Shown: positions 12,620-26,425 of the stretch, piece after piece
Layout of the letters: every line of letters begins with the position of its first letter
Position numbering within the stretch: the first letter of the stretch is position 1
DNA from: Isurus oxyrinchus
Lineage: Eukaryota
Direction of reading: 5' to 3'
Length of the DNA: 64,000 bases
Assembly (NCBI GenBank): GCA_026770705.1
Contig: JANJGN010002606.1
Location: 1 to 64,000 of the forward strand
Made by a program: the position numbers and the translations under genes
Notes under the pieces: generated by a model
Told to the model about the DNA's origin: nothing
Database searches by the model: none
The model's input: the letters and a program-made list of their open reading frames with translations, nothing else

Positions 12620-15600
12620 TGATACAGGGATTAGATTCATACAGACTGGGACAGGATCTGAGGCAGTGATTACTGATACAGAGACTAGATCAAAATAAAA
12701 TGACACTGTGTCCAGGGCAGTGATTACTGATACAGGGTCTTGACTAATACAAACTGAGACAGGGCCTAGTGCAATGATTACCGATATAGGGTCCAGTTTA
12801 ATATGAACTGAGAACTGAGACAGAGTATATTGTAGAGCTTACTGATGCATGGTGTGGACTACTATAAACTGAGTCTGGGTCTAGTGCAGAGAAATATGAT
12901 GCAGGGCCGATGTCAACATTAACTGAGACAGGGTCCACTGCAATGGTTACTGATACCTGTGCCTTTATTAATATAAACTGAGAAGGTGTCCAGTGCAGTG
13001 ATTAGTGACACAGGGTCTAGGTTAATATAAACTGAGTCAGGGCCTAGTGCAGTGATTACAGATATAGGGTTTAGAATGATATAAACTGCAAGATGGCATT
13101 GTGCAGTGATTACTGATACAGCGTCTGGATTAATATAAACTGAGACGGGGTCTAGTGCAGTGATTACTGAAACAGGGTCTAGATTAATAGAAAATGATAC
13201 AGGGGCAACTGCAGTGATTACTGATTTGGGCTCTAGGTTAAGATAAACAGAGACAGGGCCTAGGGCAGTGATTCCTGATACAGGGCCTTCACTAATATAA
13301 ACTGAGACAGGTTCTATTGCAGAGACAACTGATACAGGGTCTAGAAAAACATTAACACTAGACAGGGTCTAGTGCAGTGATTACCGATACAGCGTCTTTA
13401 TTAATATAAAATGAAAGAGGGTCTGCTGCAGTGATTAATGATACAGAGTCTAGCTTGAATTAAACTGAGGCAGGCCATTGTGCACTGATTACTGACACAG
13501 TATCTCGATTAATATAAAGTGATGCAGGGCCAAGCACAGCGATTACCAATACAGCGTCTCAATTTATATAAACTGAGGCAGGCCATTGTGCAATGATTCC
13601 TGACACAGGATCTTGATTAATATAAAGTGATGCAGGGCCAAGCACAGCGATTACCGATACAGGGTCTCGATTGATATAAACTGAGGCAGAGCATGGTGCA
13701 GTGATTACTAATACAGGGGCTAGATCAATATAAATTGAGATAGTGTCTTGTGCAGTGATTACTTATACAGGGCCCAGATAAATATAAGCCAGGGCAGGGG
13801 CTAGTGCAGTGATTACTGATGCAGGTTCTTGACTAATACAAACTGAGGCAGGGCCTAGTGCAGTGATTACCGATAAAGGGTCTAGGTTAATATGAACTGA
13901 TAATTGAGATAGAGTATATTGCAGAGCTTACTGATGCATGGTGTGGACTACTATAAACTGAGTCTGGGTCTAGTGCAGAGAAATATGATGCAGGGCCGAT
14001 GTCAGCATTAACTGAGACAGGGTCCAGTGCAATGGTTACTGTTACTGTTCCTTGATTAATATAAACTGAGAAGGTGTCCAGCACAGTGATTAGTGGCACA
14101 TGGTCTAGGTTAATATAAACTGAGTCAGGGCCTAGTGCAGTGATTACAGATATAGGGTTTAGATTGATATAAACTGCAGGATGGCATTGTGCAGTAAATT
14201 CTGAAACAGGGTCTGGATTAACATAAACTGAGATGGAGTCTAGTGCAGTGATTACTGATACAGGCTCTAGGTTAAGATAAACAGGGACAGGGCCTAGGGC
14301 AGTGATTCCTGATACAGGGCCTTCACTAATATAAACTGAGACAAGTTCTATTGCAGAGATAACTGATACAGGGTCTAGAACAACATTAACTGAGACAGGG
14401 TCTAGTGCAGTGATTACTGATACAGTCTAAATTAAGATAATCTGAGACAGGGCCTAGAGCAGTGATTAATTATACAGGTTCTTAACTAACATAAAATGAA
14501 AGAGGGTCTCCTGCAGTGACTAAGGATACAGGGTCTAGTTTGAAATAAACTGAGGCAGGCCATTGTGCAGTGATTACTGACACAGGATCTCGATTAATAT
14601 AAACTGATGCAGGGCCAAGCACAATGATTACCAATACAGGGTCTCAATTGATATAACTTGAGGCAGGGCATGGTGCAGTGATTACTGATACAGAGTCTAG
14701 ATTAATAGAAACTGAGGCACAGCCAAATGCAGTGACTACTGATAAAGGGTCTAGATTTATTTAAACTGGGGCAGGGCATAGCCCAGTGAATACTGATACA
14801 GGGATGAGATTAATACAAACTGAGACAGGATCTGGGGCAGTGATTACTGATACAGGGACTAGATCAAAATAATCTGACACCATATCCAGGGCAGTGATTA
14901 CTGATAAACGGGCCTGAACTAATGTAAACTGAGACAGGGCCAAGTGCAGTGATTACTGATACAGGGCCTTGACTAATACAAACTGAGACAGGTCCTAGCG
15001 CAGTGATTACCGATACAGGGCCTAGATTAATATGAACTGAGAACTAAGATAGAGTATATTGCAGAGATTACTGATGCATGATGTGAACTGCTATAAACTG
15101 AGTCTGGGTCTAGTGCAGAGAAATATGATGCAGGGCCGACATGAACATTAACTGAGACAGGGCCTAGTGCAGTGATTACTGATACCAGTCTAGATTAATA
15201 TAAACTGAGACAGGGCCTAGAGCAGTGATTAATTACACAGGGTCTTGATTAATATAAAATGAAAGCGGGTCTTCTGCAGTGATTACTGACACAGGATCTA
15301 GATCAATATAAACTGTGACTGTGTCCATTGCAGTGATTATTGATACAGAGTCTCGATCAATGCAAGCTGATACACTGTCTATTCCAGTGATTACTGACAC
15401 ATAACCTTGGTTAATGGAAACTGAGACAGGTTCCAGTGCCGTATTTACTGATACAGGATCTAGACTAATTTAAACTGAGACAGGCTCGAGTTCAGAGATA
15501 ACTGATATAGGGTCTAGATCAATATTAGCGGAGACAGGACCTACTGCACTGATTACTTATCCAGTGCCTAGGTTAATATGAACTGAGATAGGGCCTAGTG

Positions 15601-16620
15601 CAGTGATTACTAATACAAGGTCTAGATTGATAAATACTGAGGTAGAGCATAGTGCAGTGATTACTGATAGAGTCTAGATTAATAGAAACTGAAAGAGGAC
15701 CAAGTGCAGTGATTACTGATACAAGGTCTTGAGATATTAACTGAGACAAGGTCTAGTTCAGTGATTACTGATACAGGCTACAGATTAAAAGAAACTGAGG
15801 CAGGGCCTAGTGTAGTGATTACTGACACAGGATATAGATTAATACAATCTGATACAGGGCCAAATGCAGCGATTACCGGGTCTGGAGTAATAGAAACTGC
15901 AGCAGGGCATTGTACAGTGATTACTGATACAGGGTCTAGATTAATAGAAATTGAGACAAGGTCCAGTGCTGTGTTTACTGATACATGGTCCTGATCAATA
16001 TAAACTCAGACAATGACCAGTGCAGTGATGACTGATACAGGGTCTAAATTGATATAAACTGAGGCAGTACATTGCACAGTGATTACTGATACAAGTCTAG
16101 GTTAGTATAATCTGGACAGGCTCTAGTGCAGTGATTACTGATACAGGATCTTCATTAATATAAACTGAGACAGGCTCTACTGCAGTGATTACTGATATAA
16201 GGTCTAAATTGATATAGACTGTGACAGGGTCTAGTATAGCGATTACTGATATAGGGCCAAGATTAATATAAACTGAGACAGGATCTAGTGAGTTATTACT
16301 GACAAAGGGACTATATTAATGTTTAATGAGAAAGGGTCTAATGCACTGATTACTAATGCAGCATCTAGATTTTTATAAGCTGTGACAGGATCCAATGCAG
16401 TTATTACTGACATAGGGTTTAGATTGATATAAACTGAGGCAGTGCATAGTGCAGTGATTACTGATACAAGGTCTAGATTAATAGAAACTGAGACAGGGCC
16501 AAGTGCATTGATTACTGATACAGGCTCTAGGTTAAGATAAACTGAGACAGGGTGTGGTGCAGTGATTACTGATGAATGATCTGGACTAACAAAGTGAGAC
16601 AGGGCCAAGTGCAAGAATTA
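12620..16620. repeat. Satellite array, ~54-bp unit made of two diverged 27-bp subunits
   Basis: Consensus agtgcagtgattactgatacagggtct + agattaatataaactgagacagggtct, about 70-75 units. Confidence 0.95.
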
Positions 16621-17829
16621 CTTCATCAGTGGCACCCATATCCCAAGAATGAATTAAAGCGCTGCAAAATACTACAGATTCTGGAAATGTAAAGCAAAAC
16701 AAAAAAAAACACACTTAGCAGGCCTGTGGGCATCAGTTCGGAGAGAAACAGATCAAATTTTCAGGTAGATGGCAGGTGCAAAATATCCCTTGGTACCTTC
16801 TTGAGAGCAGGACTGTTCGCCCCACTATCCCAGACCAATATTCATTCTTCAACTAAAATCACATATTATCTGGTCATTTTTCACAGCTCTATTCGTGGGA
16901 TCTTGCTGTGTACAAATCACCAGATGCATTTCCAACATCACAGCAGTGTCTAAACTTCAACAAAACTACATCAACGAGTTTTAAGGATCATGAGCATCAT
17001 TCTATAAATGCAAATTATTTCTAAATGTTAACATTTTAAAATGATAGTTGCAATATGTTGAAAACTCAGAGATTAAAAATTATTGTAGGTCAGTCCTCTG
17101 GCTGCCGTTTTAACTTGTCCAGTTTAAAAGGGTTAAATCTTCAATCAAATTGACATTTAGTGGACTCCCAGCTAGATGAAAGATTGTGATAGTAGATTTT
17201 TTGGAATTAAATTCTTAATTTAAATGTATTTTTGTTTATTTGAAATAAATAATCTGTTCTTATGGATGTTGAAGTTTCCATTCATTTTGTACCAACTGTC
17301 AATATTCTTAAAATAAAACCTTGTTTTGAGTTGAAACCAATCAATAAGTGTCTGTGTTTATCTGTTTTTGCTGCCATGAACACTTCATTGAAACCAGTGA
17401 GGCATTTATGTAAATAAACACGGAAATAGAAGTCCTAGATTAGATTCTGGAGAGACACATACACAGCAAATATTTCCCCACCAACACAGAAATAGAGCCA
17501 AACATGCAAATACATCAACCGATTCCAGTTTTTTTGAGCAATTTTAAAATTAGTTATATGAGCATTATGTCACGATGATATCCATGTTCATAATTAAGAT
17601 AGACTCCCACTTATCATGAAATATAATGGCACAGCAAATGTGTTTGTAGAGATTTCCTGTACCCTCTCCCTCTCTCTCTCTGTCTCTTTCTCTTATTTGG
17701 TTCTTTGTCTTGTCTCTCCACCATGGGTCACTGTCTTTCCTCCACAACATGAAGTCAATGTCTAGCCAATGTATTCTCTCGGCACGATTTATGCACTTTA
17801 ACCTAAATGGATCAAATGAAATGGATTAG

Positions 17830-18305
17830 AATCCGTAGAGGGAACTTTATTCTAAATCTGTTTTGAGCATTCAATGACCTGGGAGTGCTTGAAGGGGAAA
17901 CTTTACCCTGTATCTAACCTGTGTTGCACCCAGTAGCGAGGATCTGATGTCGCAATGCCGAAAGATCTTTCCCTGTATCTAACCTGTGCTGTCCCGGCCT
18001 TTGGAGTGTTTGATGGGACAGTGTAGACTGGGACAATTTCACTCTGAATCTAACCCGTGCTATACCTGCCTTAGGAGTTTTTCATGTGGCAATGTAGAGA
18101 GAGCTTTACATTATTAATGTAGTCCCATGCTACACCTGACCTGGGAATGTTTAACGGAGTCGCAGGCCCTGTCTCTGCATTACACTAGGCCGTGTCTAAC
18201 CGCATTTTACCAGTGCTGGGCCTTCCCTGGGAGTATTTAATACGGCAATGTAGAGGGAGCTTTAAATTCTGTGCCTCGCCCTGGGAGTGTTTGATGGGAC
18301 AGTAG
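17830..18305. repeat. ~68-bp minisatellite (tatctaacccgtgct...gggagtgtttgatgggacagtgtagagggagc)
   Basis: Several tandem diverged copies; isolated units also at about 34750, 44770 and 48830. Confidence 0.8.
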
Positions 18306-18860
18306 GCCCGGTGTCAATATTGCACTCGACCATGACCCTGCCCGTGTTAATCTTACAATAGACCCTGTCTGTGTTTGCATTACACTAGGCCCTGTCTCAG
18401 TTTATATTACGATCGCCATATCTCTGTTCATACAGCACGTGACGCTGACTCTCTTTATACTACACTGGATTCTGTCTGTTTGTATTTCACTAGGCCCTGT
18501 CCCTGTTTATATCACACTCAAATATTTCTGTTTATATTATACTCGGCATGTCTCTGTTTATACTGCATTAGACGCTGTTCTTGTTTATATTAAACTAGAC
18601 CTGGTCTGTGTTTATAATACACTAGACGCTACCTCTGTTTATATTACATTGGACCCTGCTTCTGTTTATATTACTCTAGATCCTGTCTTTGCTTCTGTTA
18701 AACAAGGCCTTGTCTCTTTATATTACACTTGACATGTCTCTGTATACATTTATCTAGACCTGGCTCTGTATTGAAATAGGCGTTGCCTCAGTTCTGCGCT
18801 ACATCATGCTTGCATTTAAATTCCATTAGACCGGCCTCAGTTATTACTGCACTGCACAAC
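18305..18860. repeat. 27-bp minisatellite (ctagaccctgtctctgtttatattaca), opposite orientation to the 12.6-16.6 kb array
   Basis: Visible 27-nt period; translates as YITLDPVSV-like 9-mers. Confidence 0.85.
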
Positions 18861-18994
18861 CCCAATAATGTGGAAATTGGTTGGGGTGGAAATGGTGATG
18901 ATCAGACATCATGATGGTGGGAACGTTAATGATGCAAAAAATCTTTCGAAAACAATTATCATGGGTGCCTATTTAGACGTCGTGACCTGCACTT

Positions 18995-19770
18995 TGTAGG
19001 AAGAATAGAGGCAAAGAGTATTGTCTAAATGGGAGGATAATTCAGAAATCTGGAGTGCAAAGGGACCTTGGAGTCCTAGTCCAGGATTCTATTAAGGTTA
19101 ACTTGCAGGTTGAGTCGGTAGTTAGGAAGGCAAATACAATGTTGGCATTTATTTCAAGAGGACTAGAATATAAAAGCAAGGATGTGCTGCTGAGGATTTA
19201 TAAGGCTATGGTCAGACCGCATTTAGAATATTGTGACCAATTTTGGGCCTCGTATCTCAGGAAGGATGTGCTGACCCTGGAGAGGGTCCTGAGGACGTTC
19301 ACAAGAATGATCCCAGGAATGAAAGGCTTAACACATGAGGAAGATTTGAGGACTCTGGGTCTATACTCGATGGAGTTTAGAAGGATGAGGGGGGATCTGA
19401 TTGAAACTTACAGAATACTGAAAGACCTGGATAGAGTGCACATGGGGAAGATGTTTCCGTTCGTAGGAGAGACTAGGCACAGCCTCAGGGTAAAGGGAAG
19501 GCCTTTTAGAACAGAGATGAGGAGAAATATTTTTAGCCAGAGAGTGGTGAATCTATGGAACTCGTTTCCACAGAAGGCTGTGGAGGCCAGGTCTTTGAGT
19601 TATTTTGAGGCCGAGATAGATAGGTTTTTGATTGGTAAGGGGATCAAAGGTTACAGAGAGAAGGTGGGAGAATGGGGGTTGAGAAACTTATCAGCCATGA
19701 TTGAATGGTGGAGCAGACTCGATGGACTGAATGGCCTAATTTCTGCTCCTATGTCTTATGCTCTTATAGT
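18995..19770 (+). mobile_element. CR1 LINE ORF2 C-terminus and 3'UTR, relatively intact
   Basis: 262-aa ORF QRDLGVLV...VRPHLEYC...FSQRVVNLWNS. Confidence 0.92.
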
Positions 19771-20589
19771 CTTGTCCTCCCTGCATCCCAGATTTGTGTT
19801 CATAAGCCACAGATCTCTCTTATCTAGCAGCTGTTTAAATTAAAGCATTTAATGCCTATTTCCAGGGTCTACAGCAATAACACAAGGGAATCTACTAATG
19901 TAACATAAACAGAGGACAATAACATAAATAACTGAGACAGGGTCTAGTGTTACAGAACTATGGACCAGAGCAGTAACAACGAGACAGGCCCAGTGTAATA
20001 TGAACAGAGACATGGTGGAGTGCAGCAATATTGACACCAGATGACCTGAAGACCCACATAACCAGATAAGATAGGGGTGGAGATACCTCCTGGGCATTAA
20101 CACCTATTGCCCTCCTTCAGATGATGAATCTGTACTCCTTCATCTTTAGCACTACTTTGAAGAACCACTGAGGGTAGCAAAGGCAATGCATGTGCTGTGG
20201 GTTTGCAAAGACAATTACCATTTGACAAGACCACTAATGACCGAGCTGGATGAGTCCTGAATGATGTATCTGCCAGGCTGGACCTGCCACAGGTAGTGAG
20301 AGAGCCAACACGAGGGAAAACCTGACCTGGTCTCAGGCCCATCACACTATCAATATAGGTGAGATTGACCCCTGCACTTTCCTTGCGGAAACCAAGTCCG
20401 GTATTCATACTGAACACATTCTCCATTGTGTTATGCGGCACTGCCGCTGTGCTAAACTGGGTACGTTCAGAACAGGTCTAGCAGTTCAAAACTTGGCAAC
20501 AACGAGATGCTGGTGGCTATCAGCAACTGAATAATTGCATTCAATCACAACCTGTAATCTCATGAACCAGAATATCCCTCACTCACACC

Positions 20590-21290
20590 TTGGTGTGCAC
20601 ATCCACAGATCCCTGAAGCTAGCAGGGCAAGTAAATGAGGTGGTTAGGAAGGCATATTGGACACTTACCTTTATTAACCGAGGCATAGAATACAAGAGTA
20701 AGGAGGTTATGCTGGAATTGTATAATACGTTGGTTAGGCCACAACTGGAGTGCTGCATGTAGTTCTGGTCACCACATTATAAGAAGAATGTGAGTGCACT
20801 GGAGAGAGTGCAAAGGAGATATACCAGGGTGCTGCCAGGCTGGAGGGCCTGAGCCATGACGAAAGATTGGATAGGCTGGGGCTGTTTTCCTTAGAGCAAC
20901 GAAGGCGGAGAGGGGATAGAGGTGTAAAAGATTATAGGGGTATAGATAGAGTGGATAGGAAGGCACTTTTTCCATTTTTAGGGGGTGGGGGGTCAATTAC
21001 CAGAGGGCACAGATTTAAGGTAAGAGGTAGAACACTAAGAGAGGAGTTGAGGAGAATTTTTTTCACCCAGCGAGTGGTTGGAATCTGGAACTCATTGCCT
21101 GAAAGTGTGGTTGACTCAGGAACTTTCGCAAAATTTAATAAGTATTTAAGTTATCACTTAAGCTGTCATAGCTTCCAGGGCTATGGTCCAATCGCTGGAA
21201 AATTGGATTAGTGCAGTCAAATCGTTGTTGATCGGTGCAGAAACGGTGGGCCGAATGGCCTCCTTCTGTGCTGTAAACGTCCACGAGTCT
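20590..21290 (+). mobile_element. CR1 LINE 3' end nested in an older LINE
   Basis: ORFs 20535-20762 and 20867-21211 give CR1 C-terminal motifs. Confidence 0.88.
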
Positions 21291-22510
21291 AACATTCAGC
21301 CTGGGGACAATGAGGAATGTAGAACAGCAGGTCAAAAGCAAAACTAGGCATACCTGAAAATGATAAACCACCGTGTGAAGCTAAAAGACTGTACTCAATG
21401 GACAACAGATCAAATCCATCTCCTTGCTGCTCAATCAGTCTACTCTCAATCATCAGTAAAGTGATTGAATGTATCGCCGACCTGCTCACCAAAGCTCAGA
21501 CTTGATACACCCGGATCAGTCAGCTTCAAAGCTCATTGTAAATTTGACCTGAACATGGTCAAGAGAATGGACTTCCAGACATGATGTGTGAGTGCTTTAG
21601 CACTTGCTGTCAAAGTAGCTATTGACTGAGTCTGGCATTAAGAAGCCTTGGGAAGCAAGGGTAAGTCTCTCCAATGGCTGGAGTCACATCTAATACACAT
21701 GAAGATGTTGTGGTTGTTGGAGAAAAATCATCTTGGCACAGAACATCGTTCCAGGAGTCCCTCAGAGAAGTGTCCTTGGCCCAACCATCTTCAGTCACTT
21801 CATCAATTACTTTCTCTTCATCACTGGGTCAAGAGTTGGGATGTTCGTTCATATTTTCAGTGTTCAGTTCCATTTATGACCTCTCAGGTAATGAAACCGT
21901 CCTTACTTGCTGCATCTCGAACTGGACAAAATTCATCTTTGAGCTTGTAAGTTGCAAGTGACATAAGCAACACACAAGTGCCAGGCAATGACCAACTCCA
22001 ACAATAAGGAAACCAATCATCTCTGCTCAAATTTCAAAAGGCATTACTGTCCCTGAAACCCACCATCAACGTCATGCAGGTATCATTCAACAGAAACTGA
22101 ACTGGAACAGCCATATAAATACTGTGGCTACAAGAGTAGGTCAGAGGCTGGGGATTCTGTGGTGAATAACTTACCTCTAGACACCCGAAGCCTTTCCACC
22201 ATTTGCAAGTCTGCAAGTCAGATGCCTATTGGAAATTGTTTACTTTCCTAGATGAATGTAACTTCAGCAACACTCAAGAATCTCCACATCAACCAGGGGA
22301 AATCAACCCCTTGATAGGCACCTCATCCAGGAGTTAAACATTCATTCCCATCACCACCGATACACAGTGGCTGCAGAGTGTACCATCCACAAGATGCACT
22401 GCAGCAACTCGCCAAGGCCTCTTCAACAATACCTTCCATACCTGTGACCTCCACCTCCCAGAATAACAAGGGCAATAAGCACACGGGAACACAATGCCCT
22501 GCATCCTCGT
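21290..22510 (+). mobile_element. Decayed LINE RT/3' region (same family as 1-590)
   Basis: Homologous to 1-590 (cagaaactgaactggaacagccatataaatactgtggctacaagag). Confidence 0.7.
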
Positions 22511-22763
22511 ACACATACATCTCTGTAGGGGAGAAATTGGCCTTGGGCGCTGGCAAAGAGGAAGCGATATCTGAAATCTCATTCTGCTGACTGCGCTGAA
22601 GGTGAATATCAAGTGCTGCGTAGCACGTACGGCCGATGCTATACCGCCCGTTTCAGGCTACTGCCAGATGCCAATGTCCAGGCCAAGATCTTTATTTTCA
22701 ATATTATCTCTCCTTCTCATAGACACATGGGGTAATGCAGCTATAATTTAAACAGAGGCATAG

Positions 22764-22886
22764 ATTAAAGCAAAACACTGCTGATGCTGGAAATCTGAAT
22801 TAAAAACAAAAAATGCTGGAAAAACGCAGCATCTGTGGGGAGAAAAACAGAGTTAACGTTTCGAGTCCGTATGACTCTTCTTCAGA
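22764..22886 (-). mobile_element. Short Penelope-derived element with intact hammerhead core (copy C)
   Basis: Minus strand reads CTGAAGA A GAGTC atacg GACTC GAAAC GTT AACTCT. CAGAGGCATAG is repeated at 22753-22763 and 22883-22893. Confidence 0.8.
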
Positions 22887-23174
22887 GGCATAGTCTAGTG
22901 CTGTAGCTACAATGACCAGGTCTGGTACAATATACACATTGTCAAGATCGAACATAATATAAACAGAGACAGGGTCTATTTTAATATAAACGGAGACAGG
23001 GCCTAATGTAACATAAGTGGAGACAGGGTCCAGAGCAATGCAAACTGAGATGGCTTCCATTGGAACATTAAGGAGATAGGGTCTATTTTAATACACACAC
23101 AGGCCTGATCCAGCATAATAGAAATAAAACAGTTCCCAGGACATTAATAATCGAACCAGGATCCTGTATAACAT

Positions 23175-23720
23175 GGGAGGGACGATCGTGCATTGGGAAC
23201 GTCACTGGGTTAGTAACCCAGAGATCCAGACCTTTTCCCTGGGGATAGGGGTTTGAATTCCGTTATGGCAGCAAGAGGAATCGAAATTTAATTAATAAAT
23301 CTGGAATTGAAAGCTCGTCTCAATAATGATGACCATGAAATTATAATCGATTATCATAAACATCCACCTGGCTCACCAATGCCCTTTAGAGAAGGAAATC
23401 TGCCGTCCTTACCTAGTCTGGCCTATATTTTTATTCTTCGTTCATGGGAATGTGGGCGGCACTGGCTAGGCCAGCATTTATTGCCCATCCCTAATTGCCC
23501 TTGAGAACAGTGTGGCTTGTTACGCTATTTAAGAGTCAACCACATTGCTGTGGGTCTGCAGTCACATGCAGTCCAGACCAGGTGGCATTAGTGTGAACCA
23601 GATGGGTTTTTACGACAATGGTTTCATGGTCATCATTAGATTTTTTAATTAAAATTTCATCATCTGCCGTGGGGGGATTCAAACACAGATCCCAAGCCAA
23701 TTACTAGCCGAGTGAGAATG
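23175..23720. mobile_element. Two opposed tRNA-derived SINE copies (+ 23175-23425, - 23428-23720)
   Basis: tRNA-like head and the gaaggaaatctgccgtccttacctagtctggccta body, shared with 27258-27645 and 60428-61050. Confidence 0.7.
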
Positions 23721-24554
23721 CCATTACACCACCGCTTCCCATGCATACAACTCCAGACCCACAAATTTGTGCAGCCCCATTCTCCGGCTATTTGTTTAAT
23801 TGCCCACCACCATTAACGACTGGATGTGACAGGACTGCAGAGGTAAAATCTAATCTGTTGGATGTGGTATCTTCCAGACTATGTCTGGATATAAATATTG
23901 GTATTGACTGGTGCAGTATTAATTGAAACAGGGTACAGTGACATATAAACAGAGGCAGTGTTTGGTCTAACATAAGATGATATGGAGTCCAATTTAAAAC
24001 GACAGAGACAGGGTCCAGTGCAGTGTTAATTGTGACAATGCCTGCTTCATAGAATGGATCCTTCAAGATTTCAAATCCATCTGCTGGCCAAACTTTGCAA
24101 TTGCAGCTACTGTGAAAATGTCGCTGTCAGGTTAGATCTTTGACATTATTGTATCAAGAGTCCAGTTCCTCAGAGGTAGTACCACATCACCTTCTACGGG
24201 AAGTGTCAAAATTTAACAAAATTCAACTAATTGCAGATAAACGTGGTTCATTAGCACACGTTAAAGTCAGCACCAGAGTAAAGCGGCCCAATTCCTGGTG
24301 ATGTAACTTTGTTCATTTTGATCAAAGGGAGGGATGTTGACCAGGGCGCTGTATAGAGACCATGGGAACTTTAATGTCCACCTCAACAAATATAGTGTTG
24401 GGGAGAGTTTATTGGTTCATGAGACCACCTGAAAGACAGTTAGGGTCATTTTCTTCAATAGCTACGCGCTCTGGAGCCTCCCAGGAAGTCAAGGTGGGAT
24501 CTTACCTTGAAGCACAAGATGCCATTTTGGTCTGTGTGTGTGTGTAAGGGAGAG

Positions 24555-26165
24555 GGAGGGAGACAGACGGAGACGTACATCATATTGTTTGCAACTGAAT
24601 TTCACGAAGGTCCTGGACAACCTTCCATCGATGAAAGGTCACAGATACACAATGGAAATAAACCCATTGCAGATGTACTGATGGCTGAGGGGGGGCAATT
24701 GTTGTGAGGCAGGTTCTGCCGGAAATGCTTCACATGAAGCTACAAAATGTCGTTGTGGGTTGTTTTTTTTCGGTGAAGACCTCGATTGCCAAACTGCTGT
24801 AGCCATTGGACATCGTGGTGGTTCACACCAATCCACAGAAGGTGTCGTCATTTTCCTCAGTCATCAGTTAGTTACATTCAGTTGTGATAATCGATATTTA
24901 GGGCTTTCACTTCAAGCATTCTGGAAGTGGAGGTTTGGGCGTCCCACTGGTTGTCTGCCTCCGGCTACCTCACCATACAGAAAGTCTTTGTGCATGTGAC
25001 CATCTTCCATCCTATGTACGTTCCCAAGCCACCAGCACCATCTCTGTTTCATGAGCTCCACGGTCTTGGGAGCTCTGCCTTTGAGAGTATTACTGCATTC
25101 GTGTCTTTACCCTGCCAGTACATACCCATAATGTGCACCAGGCAGTGAATATGGAAATTGTGGAGCTCCTTTTCTTGATAACTGTAAGTCGTCCATGTTT
25201 CACAGCCATAAAACAAGGTGTTGAGAGCACAGGCCGTATAAACCATCAGCTTGGCCTTAAGGGTCAGTTTGATGTTATTCCAGGGGCATTTCATGAGTAA
25301 GCCAAAAGTAGCAGCTGCTTTCCCCTTGCGGGTATCAAGTTCTGCAGCAAGCACCAGGCTGCCTGACACAGTGGAACCCAATGAGCAGAATTTACTTCCA
25401 TCCGAGTGTTAATTAGTGTGATCAATGGCGGAAATGCAACACCTTGTCCCATGACCAGTGTTTCCTTCATGTTTATAGTCAGGGAGAACAAGTTACAGGC
25501 ATGGGAGAGTCAGTTCATCAGTCTTTGTGGATGAGTTTCCGTTTTGTTGACGAAATTATCAGCTTCGAGCAATTCTTTGATCAGGATTCAATGTGTTTTT
25601 GTCTTCGCTTTCAGTCTTCTAGCTTGTGGGGCTTGCAGTCTGACCGGGTGTGTGAGTTCATTCCATATCTACAGGGAAGGCAAAAATAAGCAGCGTGGAG
25701 AAGAAGATGCTAAACAAAATGGGGGCTAGGACACAGGCCTGTTTCATTCCATTCTTCACTCCGAATCTGTCGGAAGTGGAATAATTAATCTGTACAGTGC
25801 AGTGCATGTTGTCACGGAAGGAGTGAATGAGACTGAGGAGCTTTAGTCGGCAGCCAATTTTCCCCAAAATCTTGTAGGCTCCTGTCCTGCTGGCGGTGTC
25901 GAGCGTGTGGAGCAGATCATGTCCACAGAATACTTTCCCACACAAACACTACACTGTGCTTCGGCCTGCAAGTAGATGAAGTCCTTAAAATATGACCTGA
26001 GCAAAGGCCTTCCCTGTGACTCTATGAGTGAGATATTCCTGTAGTTGTTGCAGTCTCATCTGTCGTCTTTGTTTTCAGATAGTGCGATGATTATTATGTT
26101 ATTCATCTCCTGCAGAATGGATCTTATCTTTCAGCAGAGGAGGAGAAGGTCATAAAGGCTGAGAA
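24555..26165 (-). mobile_element. RTE-clade LINE ORF fragment, frameshifted
   Basis: GMKQACVLAPILFSIFF and ELDTRKGKAAATFG...LFYGCETWT motifs are typical of RTE reverse transcriptases. Confidence 0.85.
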
Positions 26166-26425
26166 AGATACATAATTATATATACCAATTATTATCAATT
26201 CACGAAGGTAAATAATTATATTCACGAATTACCATCAATTCACAAAGATAAATAATTATATTCAGCAATTGTTATCAATTCACAAAGATAAATATATACA
26301 CCAACTATCAATTCACAAAGATAAATAATTATATTCACCAATTATGATCAACTCACAAAGATAAATAATTCCATTAATCAATTATCATCCATTCACAAAG
26401 ATAAATAATTGCATTAACCAATTAT
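26165..26425. repeat. AT-rich 40-bp minisatellite (~6 copies)
   Basis: ccaattattatcaattcacaaagataaataattatattca repeated in tandem. Confidence 0.85.

Noticed and set aside
12620-16620. CRISPR-like or cryptic RSS array (occasional CACAGTG)
   Set aside because: The units are homologous along their whole length with no unique spacers. The context is eukaryotic with no cas genes, and the heptamer-like matches I checked lack nonamers at RSS spacing.
19055-19843. 262-aa ORF as a host gene
   Set aside because: It is the C-terminal part of CR1 ORF2 reading into the 3'UTR; 5'-truncated and lacking the RT core.
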